This document shows positions 12,303 through 24,078 of a stretch of 64,000 bases of DNA, in pieces. The notes under the pieces were generated by a model, which saw only the letters and a program-made list of their open reading frames with translations, was not told the DNA's origin and searched no databases. The stretch covers positions 131,524-195,523 of the forward strand of contig JAHLWZ010000291.1 of the NCBI GenBank assembly GCA_020536535.1, written 5' to 3'. The position numbers were made by a program, and so were the translations under genes. This stretch comes from Pelomyxa schiedti (lineage: Eukaryota; Protista; Evosea). Every line of letters starts with the position of its first letter. Positions within the stretch are counted from its first letter, which is position 1.

Positions 12303-15300
12303 ATGAGAAGGCACGCCAACGAGAGGTTTGTGCGACACAAAATCGCGATTCCTCTCCCTACTTCCGCTCGTTTCGCATTTTTGTTTTTATTTGTGTATTG
12401 GTTATTGGTTAGTTTTTTGGGGAAATACCTTTGCTCCTTTGAGACTCTTACCGCTGGTTTCAACACAGATTTTTGGTGGCTGTAACTGGTACTAGTTGTA
12501 AGTTCCCGGCAGCAAGAAACATCGACGAGTATTATGAAGTATTACATAGTTGCGCCGATGCCGTGAGGCAGGTTCCGGCATACAAATTCGACACCGGTGT
12601 GCACTGTACTCCTGGCAAAATAAAAACGCCGTTTGCTGGGACTCTGGAGGAGCCAGTTACTCATTCTGATGCTTCCTTCTTTGGACTATCTGGGAGGGAG
12701 TCTTCCTTTCTGGGTCCAGTTCAGCACCAGTTGTTACAACTTTCTTGTGAGGCCTTGGCAGATGCCGGTGAACCGTTTCCGCGATCAAGTTCTCCCTCAA
12801 CCAGCAGAGAAGTTCTTCCTGGTGGCGCATCAACTGGAGTGTTTGTGGCAAGCTTCGGAATAGATTGGCCAGTGATACTCATGCTTACGGAAGCAGACAT
12901 ATCTCCTTACACTTCCAATGGGGCCGCACTGGCAATGTTGAGCAATAGGCTCTCCTGGTTCTTTGATTTTCGTGGCCCCAGCGTCACCGTAGATACCGCC
13001 TGCAGCGGGTCAATGGTGGCCCTGCATTTAGCCTACAGTAGTATGAGAGCTGGCGAGTGCTCGTCTGCTCTTGTGGCAGCGTCTAATCAGCTGTTGTTGC
13101 CGCAGTTTGCGATGGCCGTATCCAGAGCAGGGATGACTACAACCTCTGGAAGATGTAACACGTTTGGCTCTAATGCGGATGGTTATGTTAGAGCGGAGGG
13201 TGGTTCAGCATTCTTTTTGAAGGTTGCATCTCGAACCTAAATATAGTTAACCGAAAGTTAAATAACCTAAATGAATTGGAAATAAGTTCCAAAAACTGAG
13301 ACACTATTAGCCTCTAGCTGACGCTGTGGCAAATGGAGACCACATCTACTTCGTAATTTCAGGTACTGCTAATAACCACGACGGCAGCAAGCAGTTCATC
13401 AATCGGCCATCTTCGACGGGGCAGATAGCAGTACTCCAGCAAGCCCTCCATGTGGCTCAAGTGGATCCAACAGAAGTTTCATACATTGAGGCGCATGGAA
13501 CAGGGACACCAGTTGGTGATCCAATTGAAATTGACACCCTAAGGACAGTATTTTCAAATGCAGAGAGTTGTGGCAAGAGAGGCCCATGTTTTGTTGGTTC
13601 CGTGAAAGCCAACATTGGACATACTGAGGCAGCTGCGGGATTGGCAAGCCTCACTAAAGTCATGCTTATGATTCAGGTAACAATTCGAGTTTCCTTTTTA
13701 CCGGACTAAAACGATACAAGCATGATGAAATATTCCCACAAAGACCAGTGCCGCTGGATCCACATATCAATTTTGGGAGTCTCTCTATTTCATGGAAGGG
13801 TGAACAGTGGAGCAAGATTTCTTCCAAGAAGGTTGCAGTTGTGAATTCATTTGGCTTTGGTGGCAGCAACGCAACAGCAATTATTGAGGAGTACAAGGAG
13901 CCAACCGGTGATGATAGTATTTTGGAAGAGAACCCTTCTGATGAGAAGCCATTTTATTTTGTGCCAGTATCTGCTCACAACAGCACTGCTCTTGCTGGGA
14001 GTGCCAAGAAGTGGCACTCGTTTCTCTCTTCAACCTCTTCTTCTTTGTCCGATATCATTTACAGTGCTGGTAAGCGCTCAAATCACTACTGTCAGCGTCT
14101 TGCTGTTTTTGGCCGCACAGCTGGGGAAATTGGGACAGTTTTGAATAACTTTGAGCAAAATTCAAAGCAACAAGAAGAAACTTGGAGAACTGGCGCCTCT
14201 CAACTTCAAAAGAAGAACAACAAGGTGCTATTTGTCTTCTCCGGACAGGGACCCCAATGGTATGCAATGGGGAGGCAATTATTCACTGAAGACATTGTGT
14301 TCCGTGAGGCCCTTACCAGAGTTGACAGTATAGGGAGAAAGGTGATGGGCTGGTCAGTTATTGAAGAGTTACATAAAGCCGAGTCCGAATCACGAGTTAA
14401 TCAGACACAATTTGCTCAGGTTCTGATCTTTGCAGTTCAAATTGGACTGAATGCAATTTGGCAACACTGGGGAATCATTCCCGACGCTGTTACTGGGCAT
14501 AGTGTTGGGGAGGTTGCTGCGGCTGTTGTCTGTGGTTACCTTACCTTGGAGGAGGGAGTTCTTGTGATAAGTGTAAGGTCCCGCCTTCAGCAGGGAATAA
14601 GTGGGAAAGGCCGAATGCTTGCCGTAAATATGTCGGCTTCCAAGGCAGAACAAGTGATAGCCTCCGTAGAACATGTAGATATAGCTTCTGTGAACAGTGC
14701 CGATTCAGTTGTTTTGGCAGGGGATCCTGAGGCTTTGAAAGGCATAGAAAACTCTCTCAAAGCTCAAGATCAATTTGCCAAATTTCTGCACGTTCAAAAT
14801 GCCTTCCACAGTTACCAAACCGAACCCCTGAAAGAGCAATTAATACAGGAACTGCAATCTCTGGCACCAGCAGCTCATCCCAAAATCCCAATGTATTCTA
14901 CTGTACTGGGAAAAGTCTTGGTTGACCCGCCGGGACCAGATTACTGGTGGAGAAACGTCCGATGCAGTGTTTTGTTTTATCCTGCTGTTTTATCTGCCTT
15001 GGCAGATAAATTCAATGTCTTTGTAGAGTTATCGAACCATCCAGTTCTCTCAATGTATCTGGCAGGAACGGCTGTGTCAACACCAAAGAACCCATCTTTA
15101 ATTGTCCATTCAATTGAGAGAAATAAGCCCGAACGCCTCACAATGCTATCGAACCTTGCCTCTCTTTATGTCAATGGCATTTCTACACTGAATTGGGAAA
15201 ATCTCGCTAAGCATCCACTTGTCTCTGCTCCACGTAAACCCAGGTGGATTAGAATACCTAATGCCCCAGTTTGGCAAAACATTGTGCAAATCTTTGAACC

Positions 15301-18300
15301 GAAGCAATTCAACAGCTACAAGCGAGGGTTGAATTCCACACACAACATATTGGGATCCCGTGATGATTCCCCAATTCCCTCCTGGAGTAATGTGGTTGCT
15401 CTTAATTTGTACCCATGGATTTCAGACCATAAGGTAAGCGCAGGTGAGGACATTGTTGTCCCTGGTGCCTTCTACGCTGAACTGGCAACCCTTGCAGCAA
15501 GAGAGGTCTTCAAAACCAATCAAGTTCGAGTAGCCAACCTCACCTTCCACAGTCCTGTTGTGTTATCCCCAGACTCGTATGTAGAATTCAAGTGTGTAGT
15601 GACAAACTACCACTCTGCTTCCAAGAGTATGGGGTTTGAAGTTCATACCAAAGCGGAATTGGAGAAAGCCCTATCCAAGCGAGCATCTTGCACGATAGAA
15701 CTTGTCACTACCCCTGTTTCAGTACCGAATTACGATATCTCGGCACTCAAGACAACTTGTAAATTGCCAAAGGGTCATTCTGCTGTGTACAAGGCATTTT
15801 CAGAAATGGGACTGAACTACGGGCCACTCTTCTCTCCCATTTCGAAGATATTCGTCAATAATACAAGTTATGACGAAGCTGTGGGGGAGCTTACGTTCCG
15901 CAATAGTGTAATAGATTCCCTCGCACAAAACTCCGCTCTGCACCCAACTGTGTTGGACGGCTGTTTTCAGTGCATTATCGGAGGATTGCTGAGCTTACCT
16001 GATCTTCGGGGATCCAGCATTCTTCTTCCTGCCTCAGTTGGTGATCTTCAGATTCATGCTCCTCTTAGCGCTGCTGACCAGCACCTTGACTTTCAGGTCA
16101 ACATAAAGGATGAAAGTCTGCTTCCCCGGTACGGCACTGAGCAGGAAGGACGACTGTCTGAGGCGGTATTAGAAAACAGACACCTGGTGATGTTATGCAA
16201 ACACTATTCCGCACTTTTTTGCAAAAGTGTGGGCGACACAACGGACTGGATTCCAAGCAAGCAAAAATATATCAACTGGCATAGAAGTCTTTCAGAAGGT
16301 TTTGAAAGCAATGACGAGATTCTTGCGCATCCTTTCAGAGTCATGAGTATTGAAGCAGACCTGATAAGAAGCATAGGAAGCAGACTGGTCGAGGTTGTAA
16401 AGAATGCCGCCTCCCTTTTCGAAGATGACAAGCTTTCGAAATTTTACACCAACTCTGTTACCTGCAATATCAACACAACATCTTACCCTGTGCTGCGGAA
16501 ATTACTCCAGTGTGGGAAGAGAATCAGGATTCTGGAACTAGGTGGGGGTACAGGTGGTGCCACAAAGCAATTTTTACCTATATGCCAAGAGGCCTACACA
16601 AATGGCTGTGACGTGGAGTACATCTTCACAGATGTCTCACCATTCTTTGTGAGCAACGCAAAAGAAATGTTTGCGCACCTCCCTTTTGTACAGTGTACGA
16701 CTTTGGATATCTCAAAGCCGTTCCCAGAGGAAATTAGGGATGTAAATATCGTTATAGCTTTTGCAGTTGTCCACGTTGTCCCTGTAGTTGGAGTGATACT
16801 GTCACGGATTTTTGAGGCCCTATCTCCAGGCGGTATCCTCCTCCTCACTGAGCCAACCAGGAAGGATTTTGTATTTTTCAATTTTGTGTTTGGATTATTT
16901 GACCAATGGTGGGCAAATGACCCTTCAGACAGAGACCACGTTTGTTTAGACAGAGGGGAATGGACCAAACGCTTGTTAAGTGCAGGATTCTCTGACGTGA
17001 TTTCTGATACAGCAGGGCCAAAGGGCCTTGAGTTGGCCTTCTCATCATTTTTGGCTCAAAAACCAATCACAGCTACGCGGTCTTTTTCTTCTCTGTGGTG
17101 CCACACAAAAATCCGCGATTTTGTTCCCCAGAAATCATTGGTTGGGGATGCTGTTCTGATGGACGCGACAGGAAAGCCTCTAGTTTCCATCAAGAATTTG
17201 ACTTTGAGCAGCGTTTCAAACAAGCCAGCTAACGTTTCAATTGGGAAGGAAAAGTGGGTACCAATTCCGCTGAGTGCACCCGAAGCACTCGAAATTCCAT
17301 CCAAGAACGGAATTCTACTTCTACTGTCTTCCCAAGAAAGCCCACTGTCTACGGCACTTGCCCGCTCCATGAATTTGCATTATGAAAGAATAGTTGCAAT
17401 CCAACAGAGCCCCAGATACGAGATGATTGGGGATGTAATATCGTTAGATCCGTTGAATAAGGATCACTGGGTCCAACTATTTAAATCAGTTGGCAAATCT
17501 ATCCGTCATATCATTAATACATGGCCTGCAGCACACTACAAGAGTCAAGAAGTGACTAGTGAAGATTTGACGAGAATATCTTTAGAAACTACTATGCACA
17601 TCGCTCACATGTCTACTGCCCTGAGCCAAGCTGATATCTCATGTGGAGTGGTTGTGGTTACCCAGGGGGTCCATGATCCTCAGGAGAAAAGATGCCACGT
17701 ACCAGCAGTATCTCTGTTCTCCATAGGTGGTGTGGCACGTGTACTTTGCGCAGAAACATCACTGCAGGTTAAGGTTGTGGATCTTGATCCCTGCAATGAT
17801 ATCAGTGATTCTGTAGCCCAAATTGCTCAAGAAGTTGTTTATGGATGGAAGGTCCCATTTGATACTGAAGTGTGTATCAGCAATTCTCAGCGATTTTGTG
17901 AAAGAGTGAACTTCTGTGATTTCAAAGAGGGAGCTTCTCAGTTACAGCTGCAATCTGATCCTATTTCCACTGAAGAAGGATGGGAAGTGCAACTTGATGA
18001 TGCTAAGAACATCTCCTTTGTGAAAATTGATATTGGTAGGGCACTGGCACCAAACGAGGTCTGCACCGAGATGAAGTACATCGGCCTAAACTTCAAAGAT
18101 TTCTTGATCTCACAAGGCCTCCTTGGCGTGGAAAGAGCTACCGACCACTGGCACAAATACGGCAAGCTTGGCCTTGAGGGGTCGGGTGTAGTGAGGCGAG
18201 TAGGTAGTGCCGTCACCCATGTTAAACCCGGAGATGAAGTTATTGTGATGACCCGCTTGGGGACACTGTGTTCACACTTAATTTCCACCTTCTACTCCGT

Positions 18301-21300
18301 TTTTCCGAAGCCAGACACTTTGTCAGGAGAAGAGGCTTCTGTATCTATGCTCCCGGCCTGGACAGCTATATACTCCCTTGTGCATTGTGCAAAGGTGAGA
18401 AAAGGAGAATCTGTTTTTATTCACTCGGCCACTGGAGGAGTAGGCCTCGCCTTCATTCACCTAGCGAGGTCCCTAGGATTAAAAGTGTTCGCTACAGCTT
18501 CTACAGAAGCAAAAGTAAATTACCTCAGTGAAGTTCTTGGCTTAGAGCATGTTTTAATGGCGAAAGACCCAACCCTTGTCAAGAAAGTCATGGATTTGAC
18601 AGATGGTCGAGGTGTGGATGTTATAGTCAACCCCTACACTGGAACACTCGCAGAACAATCAGTGCAACTTCTTGCAAGTAACGGCCGTTTCATTCAGCTC
18701 ATCCCTGGACAACAATTACCAGTGAGTACACTATCAGAGAATCAGTCTCTCCACGTTGTTGAACTGTCAAGAATTCCAGACCAAGAGATATTTTATGAGC
18801 TTAGCCCGCAGATTCTCAAATTTGTGTCAACCATGTCCAGGGTTCTCCCAGTTAAAACTTATGATGTCTCCCACTTAAGAGATGCATTGGATCGATTTAC
18901 CAAACCAGATCACATTGGAAAAGTGGCCATATCTCTGGGTGACCATGCCGAAGTCGATATTAAACCCATGTGTACGGGCCACTCGTGGATGTGCCATTCC
19001 AACGCATCCTACCTTGTCTGTGGTGGTTTGAGTGGGTTTGGCTTTTCTGTTGCCACTTGGCTGTACTATCATGGAGCCAGAAATCTCGCACTGGCCTCAC
19101 GAGAAGGCAAGCCAAAAACTGCTTTTGAAAAACAAACAATCGAGTGGCTTAGAAGGCATGGGTGCAAAATTCTTTGCCTTGCACTCGATGTGTGCAACTA
19201 TGATTCAGCCTTGGCCACAATCAAAGTGATAGAAAAAGAGATGCCGCCAATTGAAGGAGTGTACCATAGTGCCACTTTACATGGTGATTGCTCTCTCTAC
19301 AACATCACCAATGACAAGTTTAGTCGTGTTTGCTTCCCCAAACTCATTGGCGCATGGAATCTCCATAAAGTAACGCTCTCACATCCGATCAAGAAATTTG
19401 TTATGTTTTCATCAGTTTCGTCTCTCTTTGGTAGAGGCGGGCAAGCACCATATGTGGCTGGAAACTATTTCATGGACAAGTTCGTGCAGTACAGGCACTA
19501 TCTTGGATTACCGGCTTTGTCGATCCAATGGGGTGCAATTGGCGAGTCTGGAGTTTTAACTACATCTCCCTGGATGGCAATGTCCTTGGCTGCTGATGGT
19601 GTTAACCAAGTGCCAGCTTCTCAGGCGCTGGACTGCCTATATTCCCTGCTCTCTTGCAAGGAATCTGACACACCTTTTGCGGTGTTCTCCATTGACATGA
19701 ACGTATTTTACACAAGCAACAAGGCTACTTTGAATTTAGCTCGCTTCTCTGAGAACCAATTTGTTGATGAAAGTGTTCCGAAACTTGTCTCAGGAAGTTC
19801 TTCTGTTTTTTCCCTATTAAGAGCACGTATTGCGAAGGCCCTTGGGATTGAAGAACAGACAATTGGAGAAGACATGGTTTTGGCTTCTCAGGGAATAGAC
19901 AGTCTTGTCGCTACAAGTTTGCGAACATGGATTATGTCTGAACTGGGTGTTAACATTTCTCCGTTGAAATTACTGAGTGGCGTTTCAGTGGGAGAATTGG
20001 CAGCAGAAATTTCGGGCTTGCGGGGCGAAGTGGCTTCAGACAGTTCCACGTCACCTCAACCTGCCTTAGGTGATGAACAACAAGCCCCTCCACAACGGAA
20101 AGAGTCTGCAGCTACTCCCGCGAAACAAGAAGATATCCTCCCCAAAGAGCTTGCTCCCAAAGTTCCGGCAGAAGTGACACCTTTAGAAGCAAGTCCCGCG
20201 GTAGTGAGCAGCTCTGATGCACCTCCAGCCAATTCCACTACTCACTCCCCACATCGGCGGGCCTTGTTCGAGTGGCCTGCCCCTCAAAAACGCCGTATTT
20301 CCTCCTTCACTGTTCAGTTGAACAAAATGAGGTCTGCTGGAATCGTTATGCACCACTTGGACATTGATCACTACGGTAAAAATAATAAAGTCACCTTCAG
20401 AAACGCCCCAGGGTCTTCGGGTGAGCTAAAGACAGCACTGTTGCTCCAGTCAAATAACTATCACGGTTTGTACAATGATCCAAGAATGATTACGGCCAGT
20501 CAAGAGAAGGCCCTTATCAGTTCTCTTGGCAGTCCCCTCCAAGCAGGAATTCTTCCAGATCAATCAGCACTGCAATCCGAAATTGCAGAATTTTGTCACT
20601 GTGAAGGAGCACTTATTACTCCATCTGGATTCACTGCTAATCTTACTCTTTTATCAGCGGTTGCTCAACCTGGTGACTACATTTTCAGTGACGCACTTAA
20701 CCATGCCTCAATAAACGACGGTTGCCGTCTATCCGGGGCCACAATTGTTATATACAAGCACATGGATTACTCCCATCTGGAGTCTCTCTTACAAGATACT
20801 CCACAAAACGCAGGCAAAGTTATAGTCACTGACGCAGTATTCAGCATGGAAGGCCACATTGCGAATCTACCTGTGCTAGACACACTCGCTCGGAAATATG
20901 ACTGTGTTCTTGTTCTTGACGAAGCTCATTCAATGGGAGTACTGGGGGCGACGGGTAGAGGCATTGAGGAACACTTCCACATGTTTGGATCTGCCCATTG
21001 GAAGACTGGAACTCTAAGTAAGGCCATATGTTCTCTAGGAGGCTATGTTGCTGGTGAGTTTTAGTTTTACACTTTAAGTGAGTTCTGACAATTTCACAAG
21101 GTCCAAAGGATGCTATTGATTGGCTGGTGTACAATTCACGCCCTTATGTATTCAGCACGGGAATATCTGACATGCAGTGTAAAATTGCTCGCACTGGCTT
21201 ACGGATTATCCGAGAAGAACCCTGGAGAGTTAAAATGATCCAAGATAAAGCATCAGCCTGGAAGAAGGCACTGGAGGATGCCGGCTTCGTAACTTTTGGC

Positions 21301-21885
21301 ACCAACACCCCGATTGTCCCCATACTCATAGGGGACGATGAGACATGCATCGCATTCTCTCGCAGGATGCTTGACTGCAATCTCTTCGCCACGCCTATCA
21401 TTTCTCGCTCGGGCTCAGTTCCCCCGGGGACAGCCAGAGTCCGCACCAACGTCAACTCACACCACAATATGACCGAGCTCCTCCGCGCTGCGCAAATTCT
21501 CAAGTCCATCAAAGCAGAGTTCAAGACTTTCCCTGGAGACCCAGCACCACTCGGGTCAATCCCGCCGGCAGTTCCCATGACATTTGACACCCCTGATGAG
21601 CCCTCCACGTCGCTCAACACCTCTTCGCACGATGATATCATCCACGAAGAAGAAGAAGAGCAAGAAAGCGGATTCATCGCAGACCCGCCGCAGGCTCAAC
21701 ACCTCAGGAGAAGAATACAAGAGCCGAGCGACGAGCCGATGGTAGCGAACTACGACCCGATAGCAGCGAAAATGTCGCAAATGGGATCTCTGGAGACCAC
21801 CACCAAACCACCGCACTTCCAGATCTCCTCCTCCACCAACGCGCGAGTACCTTCGTCGTGGCTTAACTGGTGTTCCGTAATGTAA
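12303..21885 (+). CDS. Highly reducing iterative type I polyketide synthase KS-AT-DH-cMT-ER-KR-ACP fused to a PLP-dependent alpha-oxoamine synthase (AONS/SPT/KBL family); ~3086 aa; exons 12303-12325, 12469-13222, 13311-13676, 13721-21053, 21101-21885
   Basis: KS DTACSGS / EAHGTGT / NIGHTE; AT FSGQG, GHSVG, AFHS; DH His in DHKV..VVPG and LDGCFQ; MT ILELGGGTGG; ER IHSATGGVG; KR GGLSGFG and YVAGN; ACP GIDSL; AOS SNNYHGL, NHASINDG, DAVFSMEG, DEAHSMG, GTLSKA. All four introns are GT-AG and preserve the frame (9261 nt total). Exon 1 is the least certain. Confidence 0.93.
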
Positions 21886-22639
21886 TGTTTATTTTATTTT
21901 TTTTTTTTTCCTTTTCTTTAATGCCGTACCTGCAAATTGCCTGTTGCTTCTTCCCAAGAAAAAAAAAAGACAAGTTCGATACAGGCAGCATGCCTGCCTG
22001 CCGCAGAAGCATCCATCAACAATTTCATTTTTTTTCCTTTGAACATACGTGAACGCCGGGATTCTGTAGGTTAACCTAATTGGGCCCGTGAGCTTAGACA
22101 GAACAGTCCATCTTGCTTCTTGCATTACTACGCTTTGAGGTCGTAGGAATGCAACAAAAAGAGTGTTGAGTGTTTCTCGCACAGTCTGGAAGTGGAACTG
22201 AGGCTGATTGAACAGATTCCGCAACTACCCGACAAGCGGATTTTGCGTATATCGAACGGTTACTACCGCTTCTGGTGGCGCCACAATGCGACGCGTAGGA
22301 AACGGCACTACTGGTGATTATGGGAGTTTTCGAGGCCCACCTTGTGGCGCCCGTTTGCACTGTTTGTATCAGAGTACGCTTCAGCAAAGTTCGCGATACG
22401 CACAGCAGCGCCATATGAACCGCGAATGAAGAAGACCCGGGCAGTTCTGCTGTATGTGATTGGGCGAAGCGCCGTTGAACAACCTGAAAAAGATGGAGAG
22501 CTTTGCATGTTCTTGCATTTTCTTTGGGGTGGCGAGGGCCGTGGGGCGTCTCGTGAAACGTACGCTGGCATGTCTTACTAGATTGCTCTTGCCGCTTTAA
22601 GGCGGGAAAAGGCGTGCAGTGAAGCATTGCAATTGCAAC

Positions 22640-23879
22640 ATGATTCTCAAAGATTCACATCAGACACAGCTTTTTCTGGGACAATTTGGCGGAATAAAAA
22701 AAACACCAGACCGCCGAGACTGGGCGATGACTACGAAAATGACAGCGTTCCGGTCTGTTGATTATTTTATTTAGCCATTTACTAACTGGCTATTACAAAA
22801 ACAGATCAGTAACTACTTTCTGGGTTTTCCAGAGCTCTTTGGACAATTTCCAAAGAGAAAGTGGCTGAATTGCGTGCACTTGAGGAGTGTGTAGAACCTG
22901 TGAATGACTGGTTGGCCAACCTGCCAAAACGCTTTTTCACGCGACTTAACTGCAGCCTTAGTAGTGAAGCTAACCAGGAAGGGAGAACCAAATAACGTAC
23001 GGTGGAGACCTGAACATCTTGTTTAGCACTTTTGAAACCCATCATACAAGAAACTTTCAATCAGTTTATGCTTTTCCAACACCCAAAGAGGTTATTCGTT
23101 CTTGTACACACAAACATCGTGAGTAACCTTCAGTTTCCAGCCAAGGAGCCAAGGCAGAACTAGTTTTTGATCATGCCCTTGGAAACCTTTGGTCCGAGTT
23201 GGAGGATGTGGACTCGACTAAAGACCTATGAATACACAACACTTAGAACTATAGCATCTGAAGACACGAAAACGGTACTCAAAAGAACTGAATGTGGTGG
23301 CAAGAACCCCCCACTGAGAAATACGCTCGAGCGTATAATGCTCTACACAGGCACACCAATAAGCACTTGGTCAAGGTTCTCACCTCGAAATGGATCAGAT
23401 CAAACCAAGTTGAGTGCCAGCTGAGTCCTTGCTATGTGGACATTCCCAGAACTGAACACTACCTCGCAGCAGCTGTATACACAGTACTTGTAGCACTTGA
23501 GACAATGCATTCATGCAACGTGTACCACTGTGACATAAGATGGGTCAACACAATGCGTTCATGCAAGGAGGGCCACTGGATGCTTGTTGACCTTGAGTGG
23601 GCACAGGTTTCGAAGGAGGGAGTCCTCAAGTTGTATACAAATGGAGAAATGACCGGCCCCCAGCTGGTATTTAGGAAATTTAATGAAGGACGAAAGAGTG
23701 GAGAAGCTCCTTACACCAGCTGGAAGATCACTTGCAGACAAGTTGAAATCAGAGGAACCAAGATCTCCCATCCTTCATGCTTTTATTTCAAAGAATTTCC
23801 ATTCCTTCAGGAACACCACCAACCAGAGCAACCACTGGTACAGCCCATGACAGGTTCCCCCGTCTACCACCACAACTAA
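22640..23879 (+). CDS. Divergent kinase-like protein of the HxDIRWxN type (Crinkler/FunK1-like); 5' structure uncertain, possibly degenerate
   Basis: ORF 23292-23879 has VLVALETMHSCNVYHCDIRWVN...WMLVDLEWA (catalytic loop plus DxE metal motif). Upstream exons were not resolved with confidence. Confidence 0.5.
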
Positions 23880-24078
23880 GGACTCCAATGATACAGCAGC
23901 CAATCACAAGGAAGTAACCCGCTGTTACGCAGCCACAGTCCCCAACAACAGCATTCCCTCTCCCAAATTGGTTGGTTCCAAGAGGCCCAACCAGAGTCAA
24001 ATAACAAGAAACTCATAGCCAACCTCAAATAATTTCTTTCAAGCCAAACCAACAAAAGTCATTTCTTTTCTCATTTGA

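Noticed and set aside
20400-21530. Biotin synthesis gene bioF
   Set aside because: The domain is in frame with the PKS ACP inside the same exon and no other bio genes are present; it is best read as a chain-release domain.
21886-22630. Overlapping short ORFs downstream of the PKS (for example 22094-22627, minus strand)
   Set aside because: No recognisable motifs or coherent exon structure; cannot be supported as a gene or RNA.
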